From Lepidodermella squamata (taxonomy: Eukaryota > Animalia > Gastrotricha), in contig JBLDXI010000038.1 in assembly GCA_047495785.1 (NCBI GenBank), positions 62,001 to 126,000 of the forward strand: a DNA stretch of 64,000 bases, read 5' to 3'. Of this stretch, positions 12,110 to 27,295 are shown one piece after another. Both the position numbers and the translations under genes were made by a program. Numbering within the stretch: position 1 is the stretch's first letter; every line of letters begins with the position of its first letter. The notes below the pieces were generated by a model, which was not told where the DNA came from, made no database searches, and saw only the letters and a program-made list of their open reading frames with translations.

Positions 12110-14845
12110 ATGGAATTTGATTGTGGAGCTGAGTCATCCGAGTTTGTGATTGCCGAGCAACGATTTGCCCAACAAGTCACCGATTTGGCTGCAGTTGCCG
12201 AGAGCAAAGCTGCCGAGGCACCTAACGTTCTTGAAACTGGTCAGAAGCTTCCGTGTCGACTACGCCGTAACGTTCAGTTCAAGGAATTCCTCCAGAAAAA
12301 GAAGGACAGAAAAGCTCAAAAGCGCTACTTTGAAGCTGCGAATCCAGACGATCCGCCAATGAACGACCCCGCTAAGCGAACTCGTTTGATCAAAATTGCG
12401 GCTGATCCCTCTAAAACACCCCTGCAAAAGTTGAACGAGTTGAACGTAACTTACGGCATCGAATGCGAAGCAGTACCGAATTCAAGCCTGTTCAAAGCTG
12501 TCATAAAATTCGAAGATCAAATTCTCGAAGGTATGAATCATAATTTTATATATTTAGCCGACTGGCTTGATCTTGTTTCTAAATATCAAAGCCTACGGGG
12601 CAGTCATGAAAAAGACTTGATAGAAGCTTTATGTACTGATCAGTAATTGAGCTTCTCTTTTCTTTTCTGTCTGTTCAAGGCGTTGCTAGTTCGAAACAAG
12701 ATGCTAAGCAGAAAGTGGCGGCGGATCTTGTGAAGCAAATAACGGGCGACATTGCGCCTGATGTCGATGCTACGGCTATCGATGGCGCATCTTCTACTGA
12801 CGAGGGAGTGGCGAAAACCCCACTGTCGATTTTGAACGAAATTTTCGGCGCATCCAATGTCATTTGGATTGATCCGGGTACGCAATCGTCCTTTAGTGCG
12901 CCCTTTACTGCGCGTGTATCCCTCGCTAGCCATGGTGAGTTTTTCGGAAGCGGGCGTGGTAAGAAAGACGCGCGTCATGCAGCCGCCCTAGCTGCTGTTT
13001 TGCGACTTTTTAACGTTCCTTCAATTCGCGGCTATTCGAACGATCAGCTGAAAATCATGATCCAGCAGTTTCGTCTTCAGGGCGTTATCAATACGGGCCA
13101 AATCGGCGCTCCTGTCAGCGTGCTTGTCGACAATAATTCAAACACCAGTGTTCATAGTCCTGTTCTGAGAATCGCTACACCGAAAAGCGAGCAAGTGACG
13201 CCGTCGAATTCGCTCATCCCGCCTGTCTTAGGCAATTATGTGGGTAGCGCCAAGTCTAATACGCCCATCGCAACCAAATCTCACCTGCAAATTTTGAACG
13301 AGAAATATGGAGCTGATAAAGTCACGTAAGTTGAATTGCATTCGATTTCACACTAGATTATGGCTGTAATTTTAGGATAACGTTCATTGGCGAAGAAGGT
13401 CCGCCGAACAAGCGAACCTTTCACGTGAAAATTAAGGTGGAAGGAGTGGCCGAAGAATTTGTTACTTTTGGCTCTTCGAAGCAAGAGGCCAAGCAGAATG
13501 CGGCAGGTAAAACCTCAATATTTTAGAATTCACGCTTTTATTAAGCTGGAATCTTTTGTTAGCTATGGTCTTGGCTTCATTGAACCTAATGGATCCTATC
13601 AAACCTGAAGCAGCTGTCAATCAGGCTTCGATTAGCGTGTTGCCTGGCTCGAATGGCAAGGCGAGGCACAACGCCTGGTCTGATTATGTCGGCAGGCTGA
13701 TCCAGAACAAATTTCATGAGTTGACTGAAGGGACGGAATGGAACCGAAAGACAGTGCTAGCTGGTGTTGTGATGACAGTTGGCGATGACTACCAAGCTAC
13801 AGCCCAGCCTATTTGCATCGCTACGGGCACGAAATGCATCTCGGCGACCAAATTGTCAATGACGGGTTCGGCTCTTCTCGATTGCCATGCGGAGATTCTG
13901 TGTCGTAGGGCGCTGTGTCGCTACTTCTACTCACATTTACTTGCGATGGATAATGAAAAACTGGCCTCGACCGCAATTTTCGAGCGAAGGCCGGATGGCC
14001 AGCCGGGTTACCGCCTGAAGCCTGATTTTAAATTCCATTTATACATTTCCACCGCGCCGTGCGGAGACGCTCGCGTGTTTTGCCCTGCTGATGACGCTGT
14101 GATGCTGGATGCCTCGGGGAATGCAGATAAACACCCGAATCGCGTCAACCGAGGTTTGCTTCGGACGAAGGTTGAGAGTGGCGAGGGTACTATCCCTTCA
14201 GTCGAAGAAGCTCACCAAACATGGGACGGAATTCACGGCGGAGATCGTTTAGTTGTGGTTTCTTGTTCGGATAAAATCATGGCCTGGAACCATTTAGGCG
14301 TCCAAGGGAACTTGCTCGCCCAATTTATTGAACCGATTTATTTGACGTCAATCATTGTTGCGAGTGCCTTTAACCAAGATCACCTTGAGCGCGCTTTAGT
14401 CAAGCGTTTACCGCCACTGGACCTGACTGACAATCCGCACTCGCTGCACCAGCCTGAAATTTTGTCAACTTCGCGGCCAGAACCGCGAGTTCCCTCGAAA
14501 CCACCCCGCCATAGTTTGTTGTGGACTGTCTGCGACCGGGCTTTCGAAGTGATCGACTGTTCAACTGGCCGTCTCTTAGACTCGAACCATCCGTCAAGTG
14601 TCGCGAAGTTGACCCTATTCCGGCTATATGCGGCCGTTGAGCCGAAATTGACAAAAATCATACAGAGCGGCGGCTTCAACCCGAGCTCGACTTCATATCG
14701 CGATGTCAAAAAGCAAAATGCTGCTTATGTGAAGGCTAAACAAGCGCTGCTCAACTCAGTTTTAGACAACTTCATAGGCTACTGGCCGATAAAGCCTCCT
14801 GAGATCGAGACATTCATCCTGCCGAGTCAACCGGCTCAAAACTGA
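12110..14845 (+). CDS. ADARB1: dsRNA adenosine deaminase, ADAR2-like, with three dsRBDs
   Basis: Four exons. Catalytic CHAE, PCGD and SCSDK motifs; ADAR2-type HPNR..RG.LRTKVESGEGTIP and QTWDG. Three dsRBDs (KTPLQKLNE, KTPLSILNE, KSHLQILNE), each with a K.K/KK.A-type helix. No Z-alpha domain seen. Confidence 0.9.
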
Positions 14846-14994
14846 TTCATGTGCAAATATATTCGTCGCTCTTGATCCGTAGTGCTTGCACAATTAATTA
14901 TACAATCTATTTGTAAAAAAGTTTGAATTTTCGCATCAACTTTTTTGTTTTCTCTTCTTTTAGTATTTTTGAGTTTGTCTTATTGGTAATATCA

Positions 14995-15885
14995 ATGTCA
15001 AATGAGCCGCCACCGCCAAGTTACGACCAGTTGTTTGGAGGATCTCTGCCTAACAACTTGCCACCCTACAACCCAGCTGTTTATAACCAAAGTAATAACG
15101 GGCCGAGAACCTCGTTCGCAGCGGCCGGTATCAACAATCCTACGCCTTACCCAATCACCAGTAATCCTACGCCTTACCCACCATCGCCAGCAGCTGCTCA
15201 AATTCCATTTGTAGTCGACGATGAATCGGCGATGTGGTTTGCGGCGGTTGACGAAAATTCAGACGGGCGAATCACAATGCACGAACTTCGCGAAGCGCTG
15301 ATAAATTTCGACGGCAAGCCGTTCGACGTTCGAACGTGTCATTTCCTTGTGCGAATGTTCGACGACAATGGCGACGGTACAATTGATGTCAATGAATTTT
15401 GCGCATTGAAGGGCTACATCGACAAGTGGAAGCGCGAATTCGATGAAGTAGACACGGATCGTTCCGGAAATATCGACAGAAATGAATTTACTCAAGCTCT
15501 AACAAATCTTGGATATAACTTGTAAGTTATTTCAATTTACCGGGAATAAGGTTGTTATTTGAAATTATCTAAGATCGCCTCAATTTTCGTCCTCTGTAAT
15601 GCGCGTTTTTGGTAACACTGGTAACAAAAGCCGCATGAATTTCGACGCTTTCATTCGCTCATGTGCCTTTATTCACTCGATGTCCTCTGTTTTCTCTGCA
15701 AAAATGTCTCAGCGTTCACCTGTTGATGCTGGTGCTACGTTTTTCAACTCGCCCACCTCGGGAACTGTTTCCTTTTCGTACGAAGAAGTAAGCTTTACTG
15801 CCAAATTTATTTGATGGTTAATTTTTCAACATTTTTTTTCTAGTTGGCCAAAACTATTTTTGAGTTTGCGTTGACTGACGACTAA
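14995..15885 (+). CDS. Penta-EF-hand protein A (PDCD6/ALG-2 / peflin family) with a Pro/Tyr-rich N-terminus
   Basis: Exons 14995-15521, 15574-15787, 15844-15885. WFAAVDENSDGRITMHELREAL, MFDDNGDGTIDVNEF, DTDRSGNIDRNE, LGYNL, MNFDAFIRSC. Confidence 0.9.
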
Positions 15886-16346
15886 TTGTTACCGTTTCCG
15901 GCTGTATTTTGTTTTCGACTTCATTCAGCTGCAGTCGCGTACGTTTTCTGTTCGATGATGTGTTTTTTGCGGCGTTTTCATCTTGACCTGCTGCTTCCTG
16001 TGGGACTAATTTTGTTGCACGACTGCACTCGATAAAAATGACAATACAACGATTGATGCTAACAAACACGTAAATCTCATGTGGCTTCCTTTTACCTAGA
16101 GTAGATTATCTTTACTACTTTTTTGAAACTTGTCACAAACTATTCCTTACATTGCGATCTGCTTACATATTCTTGATATTACCATACGTATTGTCGTTGT
16201 TGGAATTTATTCATCAAATTATATTTTTCAGCATTGATGAGGTACTTTTTTAGAAGAGCTTCGCATCAAAAATCTGGCGCAATAATATCAATAAAAGATC
16301 TATATAAAGTCGGCTTTCGTTGCTTAGATTTTTGCAATTCGTTTGA

Positions 16347-18194
16347 ATGCACCATGCCACTGCGTCCGCTTTTCCTCAACCACTCAACCAGAGATACGAG
16401 GTGATCAATGCGCTAGGCAAAGGTAGATTCGGGGTCGTCTACAAGGTCCGTGATTTAGAAGCTAGCGATGAGAGCGAGCGGCTGAAAGTCGTTAAACGAA
16501 TCAATGTAGAAGGCGTCGATCAGGACGAGATCAGGGCTATAATCGAAGAGGCTAGGTTACAGTCGACCCTCAGCCACGTCAACATCGTGAAATACTTTGA
16601 CAGCTTCACAGAGGCGCAAGTTTTCGCTATTGTCACCGAATTCTGCGAGCATGGCGATTTGCGATCTCAAATCACTGTAAAACGTCAATCAGGAACATTG
16701 TTCGATCAATCAGTAGTTTTAAATTGGTTCAATCAGCTAATGCGGGCTGTCGAGTATATTCACGAACGAAGAATTTTGCATCGCGACATCACTCCAGGGT
16801 TTGAACGCTGAAATTCGCCTCAATTATGCTTGATTTCTCAAATCTAGGAACATCTTTCTGAAAGGCGATGTGGTTAAATTGGGTGATTTCGGATGCTCTC
16901 GCTTGGTAGAAAGCGCCCTTGACCCTGCTCAAACTTTCACCGGGACGCCGCTCTACATGAGTCCGGAAATGCTGAATCGAGAAAGTTATGGCTCAAAGAC
17001 CGATATTTGGTCATGTGGCTGTGTTTTGTTCGAGTTGTGCGCTCTTCAGTCTCTCTTCACCGCCTCGAATGGCGTCGTAAGCCTGTCGGTTGAAGTGAGC
17101 CAAAAGGTTATTCCTCATCTTCCGAGCAGTTTTTCGACGGATTTAGACCATATTTTTCGGCTGTAAGTCATTGGCCTTATGAAGAGTTTAGGATGAAACA
17201 ATTAATTTCTAGGATGCTTGAGAAAAATCCTACACGGCGTCCCGATGCCTCAGAAATTCTTAGAATGCCACTAATGTCAACTATTGCCGAGTCGACAATT
17301 AATTCATTTAAAACCCAGCGATCGAGGAGGCGGAGACGACGTCGCCGATTAGGTTTGCCATCTGAGACATCATTCCCAGTCGACTCGTGTCCAATCGACC
17401 CCGAGACTAAAATGTGGTTCGAGGTTTGAAATTCACGAAAAAAATTTAAATTTAAAATTCAAAGGGTCTCTTATCAGGAGCTCGATACTGACCGCAGTGG
17501 TTTCATAAGTAGTCGAGAGATACAATCAGCTCTTTTCAAGAGTGGTGGAAGGTCTTTCAACGAGAAAGCCGTTCGGGTTTTCTTCGAGCTTTTCGACGTT
17601 AACCAGTTTGTCATTGAATTTGACCTGTTTACTATTCATAAGGCATTGTTTCCCCTTAGTGATGACATTTTCGATATCAACGAATTCGCAGAAATTATCG
17701 ATTTCATCCGTCGAAAACAGACAGAATTTGACTCAATGCTCTTCCTCAATGTCAAACACATGGGTCTGCCAACCTTTGCGGCGACATTGGAAAAATATCT
17801 TGGTTACAAATTGTAACATTTTAAATGACACACTTCTCGCCTTTGATTTACTTAGTGCGATCTTTTTGCACAAATTATGAATCATCACCAAGCAAAAAAT
17901 GCAGCGATGATTCATAATTATTAGCTCTTGTTCGCACTAAGTAGTTCATTTTTCAGTTCTTCCGATCTCATCGCGTTGGCAGTGAAGAAATTTGGCAATG
18001 GCGAAAGCATTTCCTTCGATGGCTATCTTATCGCCGCCGCATTTTTCAAAGTATTGGACGAAAAGTTCGGGGATGCTGGCTCCAAGGGTTTAACTTTCAA
18101 CGAAGTAAGTTGAGTGCATTGAACAACTTTTTCATGGTCTACATGGTATTTGTCTTCTTTTCAGTTTGTTCTTGAACGCTTGCTGCAGTTTTAA
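16347..18194 (+). CDS. NEK11-like Ser/Thr kinase fused to a C-terminal penta-EF-hand domain (478 aa)
   Basis: Exons 16347-16798, 16848-17162, 17213-17423, 17478-17605, 17660-17812, 17957-18104, 18165-18194, all GT-AG and phase-compatible. Kinase: [40 protein letters not shown]: [22 protein letters not shown]...[14 protein letters not shown]...LGYKF...ISFDGY. Confidence 0.85.
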
Positions 18195-18360
18195 CATTTT
18201 TTTCTGAGAAACTAATTTGGCATGTAATTCTGTGATCCACCAAACTGTGATAACCTCAAACATTTCACCTTCATTTGTTTTTCTTGCTGAATTATATACA
18301 TTTTTGACGTCTGTTTATTGCGTGAATCAATCTTTATTTTAGTTTTTTCGAGTAATATAC

Positions 18361-20747
18361 ATGGCATCAGGTTACGGCGGCTATGCCCCACCTTCTGGCG
18401 GGCCTTACGCTCAGGCCAACTATGGCCAGCCGAATTCGGCGCAATACGGCCAGCCTGGCCAACCCCCACCTGGCTCAGCCTACGGTCAGCCGCCTCAATC
18501 AGCGCAGCAATACCGACCCGGTCAACCTTACGGCCAGCCTGCTTATGCTCAAGGGCCCCCGCAGCAGCAGCAGCAGCAGCCGCCCTATGGCCAACCATCT
18601 TACCCTCCACCGTCCGCTCAACCGAATCAGTACGGCCAGCCGGCATATAACCAAGGGCCTCCGAACCCTGGTCAACCTCCGTATAACCAAGGGCCCTCGA
18701 ACCCTGGTCAGCCGCCGTATGGTCAGGTTCCTCCTTATGGGCAACCGGCAGGGAATTACGGCCAGCCACCGCAGCAAAACTACTACCCAGGGTTGGACCA
18801 GGATTCGGTTGGCTGGTTTCAAGCTGTAGCTGGTGGCCGGGATCGAATAACTGCCCATCAGTTAAGAGAGGCACTTATCAACCCATCAGGGGGTCAGCCG
18901 TTCGACATGAGAACCTGCAACATGTTGATCAGAATGTTCGACAAAAATCGGTAAAAAAAAAATGGAAATTTAAAAGATTAACAAACAATTGCTTATCATC
19001 CGAAATTTTAGTGATGGAACGATGGATTGCCCCGAGTTTTGCGCTTTGCGAGATTTCATTAATCAATGGAAAATGCAATTCGACCGGTACCGTAACGGGT
19101 CCTAACTTTGGACAAAACACCTTTTTTAATTTTAAAAAATTCGGTTTTCGTCTAAAAAAATGGAAAAAAATATCCAAACCTCCGCCCAAGGAAGCTGCGT
19201 GGACAGGTGAAGTTTGGAAAATTTAGAAGCTCACCTTGATTTTAAAAAAATTGGTAAAGAAACCTCTAAATTTGGACACTCGTTCCCAAATTTGGACACC
19301 TCATTTGCATATGCTAATTCGACCTTACACACATTTTATTTCTTGTTGCGCAATTTTTCTCGTGTTTTTAAAGGCGACTTTTGTAGCCGCGCGCTTAAGA
19401 CTAAAATAATGCTACCGATAGGATTCACTCATCGTCAGATTTAATGCAGATGTACGCAATACCAATTATACACCAGGATCTTAATACCGTTAATGAACCA
19501 TGAATCTTCTCGAAACTATGATAAACCAGGTGAAAATGTCTCTGAAGCACCGAGTCTCATTTAGAAAGTAGACGGAGGGATATCAGTTTGAGGTTAAACC
19601 ATGGGTTGAGGTTTGAATGAGTCGTGGAGTTTCTTTATCGCTGAACTATTGACATTTTTTACCGAAAGTGAACTGTCATTTGTCCCATAGTACGTGCTGT
19701 TCACCTGTTTAATTAAAGCTGGCGCCGTCGGATTTGTATTCGGATACATTATTATTCCCTATGCTCTCTAGCCAAAATCATGAAAGCATAGCCTAGGCCG
19801 GGAGTCATTAAGCTAATTCCAAGGTTCTATCAATGCGATGCCATTCTTTTCAAAAACTGACAAAAAGCATACATTTCGTTTGCATATGCATAGAGATAAA
19901 AATATCATTAAAAGTGTCCAAATTTAGAGGCTAAATTCAAAGTCACCTGTATCAAAATTGGCTTGTCCTTCTGCCGAGATTTTTTTACAGAATTTAGTTT
20001 AGGTAAATCCCCATTTGCAAAAAAAATTTCAGCCCCAACCGTTCACAGGTGAGCATTTGGCAAGGGGGGTCCCAAAACACCTTTCTGAGTGATCGAGCTT
20101 CGGCGATTTTTCGCAAATCGATAGTACATGAAAGTATTGGCAAATTTGGTACCGTTGGAAAGCCCACGAAGGGAGCTATTTTTCAGTGAAATTTCTAAAC
20201 TTTTATCAGTTATGCACAAATTGATATTTGGGGCTAAAGCTCAAAGTGTCCAAATTTGGGGTGTCCAAATTTAGGGCGCGTTACGGTATGTGCCCTAGTA
20301 ATTTTTCGTCATATTGATTTCATCGCATTTAAACAGAGTGGATTCTGACCGATCTGGTAATATAAACGTGAACGAATTCGGTACCGCAATGCAGCAATTA
20401 GGCTATCAATTGTAAGCCCTCTCAAGTTTTCAATTCTGGCTTGAATTTAGGATAACATTTTTTCAGATCACCGGCTTTTGCCGCTCAAGCAATGAAAAGT
20501 TTCGGTTCCGAGCAATCCTTGAAAAGGTCCATGAACTTTGACGGTTTCATTAGCTCATGCGCTTTGGTCCATTCAATGGCACGTATTTTCTTGTCAAAGC
20601 AACAACCCCCGTCTCAACAGCCCACCGGAAATGCTACTTTCGGTTTTGAAGAAGTAGGAATCGTCCCATTTTCGCGTAATCAGTTTGCTATAAATCGTTC
20701 TATTTCAGTTCATTCGACTTGTTTTCGAGCACGGACTCAGCGACTGA
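18361..20747 (+). CDS. Penta-EF-hand protein B, peflin-like, with a long Gly/Pro/Gln/Tyr repeat N-terminus
   Basis: Exons 18361-18950, 19012-19086, 20337-20411, 20467-20653, 20709-20747. YGQP repeats; MFDKNRDGTMDCPEFCALRDFINQWK; DSDRSGNINVNE; MNFDGFISSC. Confidence 0.88.
19090..20286. mobile_element. Non-autonomous TA-targeting (Tc1/mariner/pogo-type) DNA transposon in intron 2 of PEF gene B
   Basis: 25-bp TIRs CCGTAACGGGTCCTAACTTTGGACA and CCGTAACGCGCCCTAAATTTGGACA (3 mismatches); TA duplication at 19088-89 and 20287-88; internal AAATTTGGACAC repeats; no transposase ORF. Confidence 0.88.
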
Positions 20748-20977
20748 GCATTCCATGTCGTTTTCGTGTACAATGCTACCCAGTGACTGCTTGCCGATTT
20801 CATGAGAATTTATCAAAATAATATGATTGCTATATTATTTGCTTCATCTCTTGATATTATTTTTATTCTTGGATACCATGCCACCTATGTCTCGGTTGCT
20901 GTCTATGGCTTGAATGTTTCCAAATTGCTAACGGTGTTCATTCTTGTTTCTGTGTAGACATTTTGTGATTCGTAAAA

Positions 20978-21988
20978 ATGGCGAAAGCTGGCAAAACTAA
21001 TAAAAAAGAGAAGGAGAAGATGGACAGTCAGCCGGCGTCAAATTTGACCAGTCAAATGAAACTCGCCGCGATAGCTATCGCCGTTTCCATTGCGGCCTAC
21101 CTTATCGCTGTTAGGCTCCGATCACCTGAGAAGGATGAAATCGTTCGCGAGCAATTTTTGCCAGTCCCATGCTCAGAGGACAGTTATGAAGACGAAAAAT
21201 ATAAATTTCCTGGTTAGTTACTGGTTCAATATTCCAATAATGAGACATTTTCATGGAATCCTAGGCTGCATTCCTACGACACGTTGCGGTCGATTTGTTA
21301 CCGATACCCTCATCTCGAAAGACGAAGCTACTCGCCTTCTGGATTTCGCGAAAAGAGGAATGTCCCTATCGGCGGGTGGATCAGGCGGGGCAACCATTTT
21401 CGACCTCAATTCCGGCGCTCTCTCAGTCGGCGAACAATTCGCGGTTATCTGGGCAATGGATAATAGTTCGCAAGTTCTGAAGCCTGAAGATTTCGAATTT
21501 TTCAAGTTAGCTTCTAACAAAAATTTGAAAAAACTGTTGACTCGAATTTTTCTTCTAGGTCTATACAGGCCAAAGCTAAAATGGCGATTGGTCACTTGTT
21601 CGGGCTGAGTGAAGACAGTTTTTATCTAACGGGCCCGTGCTTTTTCTCAAGATTGACATCAGCCCCCGCTGTTACCACCAATGACGAGTATTGGCACCGT
21701 CATGTTGACAAGGATACGTACGGAAAATTTATCTACACCGCGCTGATCTACCTCAATGACTTTGGCGCTGATTTCGAAGGCGGTAGATTCGTTTTTCTCG
21801 GTGATCAGAAAAACGCTACAGTTCTACCGAAAAAGGGTCGATTCTCAACATTCTCGTCGGGTGCCGAAAATCCGCATCTGGTGGAGCCGGTTACCCGGGG
21901 CGAGCGATACGCTCTAACAATCGCATTCGCCTGTGATACTTACGCTGCGATTCCAGTGCCAAAGTGGCGAGGCAAGTCGACGGTCTGA
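20978..21988 (+). CDS. OGFOD3: 2-oxoglutarate/Fe(II) oxygenase domain-containing protein 3
   Basis: Three exons; N-terminal TM segment; GGATIFDLNSGALSVG, DEYWHRHVDKDTYG (HxD), DFEGGRF, SGAENPHLVEPVTRGERYALTIAF. Confidence 0.9.
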
Positions 21989-23262
21989 GACGCTCAAAGC
22001 TGAATGAATAATTGCACAAAAATATTTGTTGGGTTTGCTAGCATACTGTGATACACCGGAAAAGTGGAAAAATAAAGTATTTGAGTGAAGTTTCAGTTTT
22101 ATTCCTCAGCGGTCAGTTTCGACATCATCAGCGCAGCATGAAGTCAGTTTCTTCATCAAATTGCAATCGTTATCGATATTATTGTCAGTCACGGCTATCG
22201 GAGCTACTAACTAACAAACATTTATAGTTGCTAATTGAGGTTTGTAAACGAACGAACGAGTGTAGCGGCAGCGATTCGCGTGATTGGCAATAATAGCAAT
22301 AAACAAAAGATGCTGTTCGCGTTTCAAACAATAATTAACATTGTATAGGTACGAAGAACAAGAATAGACATCATTTCCTTGTATGAATCCAGTGTTTTTC
22401 TCTCTAACATAGCCTGACCCCGCGTTTTCGCCAGCAGAGCCGTGCTATCACCTAGCCTCTGGTGATAATTCTCAAATTTAAGAATAAGATGACGTTATAC
22501 ATACATTTTCAAACAAATTGGGCACCGAAAAACAGACACGAGTAAATGATACATGTGAAATAAAAGAGGATACTTGTCGTCATCATCACCAGTTCATCAG
22601 AGTTCAAGAGCTGAGAGCGGGACAGTAGAAATCACCCGCTTTAATGTGCTATAATCAAATGGGTAGCTCTCGGCAAACTGCAAAAAGCAACAACAGCACG
22701 AAAAAATTTCAATAATCAGATCAGACCCGCGTGGAACTCCTCGCGTGGAATGGCAACTACTACTACTACTGCTAAAAACTTTCCATCGGTACGCTCTTGG
22801 AGCGTCTTCTGGAGGGCAAAAAAGTATCGCAAAAAATTAACTTCATATTTTTTATTCCAATCACCTTTTGCAATCGAAGTGGACTAGTTCATAGCAGCGA
22901 CGATCGATCGTCATATTTTTGATCCTCTGGGAGGACAGCCGGTCAATTATCAATTTTTTTTGTCTCACGCCACCGCTCGATTGCAAACATAAATGGAGTG
23001 GGGTAGCACGCTGTACAAGAAAAATTTGAAATTTATAAATTTTTCATTAATGTGGTGGAGACAGGAGTATGAAGGTCTAGAATAAAAGAAAATGAGAGCG
23101 AAATCTCTTCGCAGAGCACATTTATATAGTGAAAAGCCGAGAGAAAAATCACCGAACAAGAAGAACGAGCGGGGTGACACGGACAAAGACGTCAGTTGAA
23201 TTTTCTTAGCGGCAATAATACAAACAATTTCACACATATGCAGTGGCGGTTCTAAAACTGTT

Positions 23263-27295
<4,033 letters not shown>

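Noticed and set aside
19012-19086. Apparent frameshift in PEF B exon 2 suggested by the ORF track
   Set aside because: The phase-2 splice gives an intact frame (DGTMDCPEFCALRDFINQWKMQFDR).
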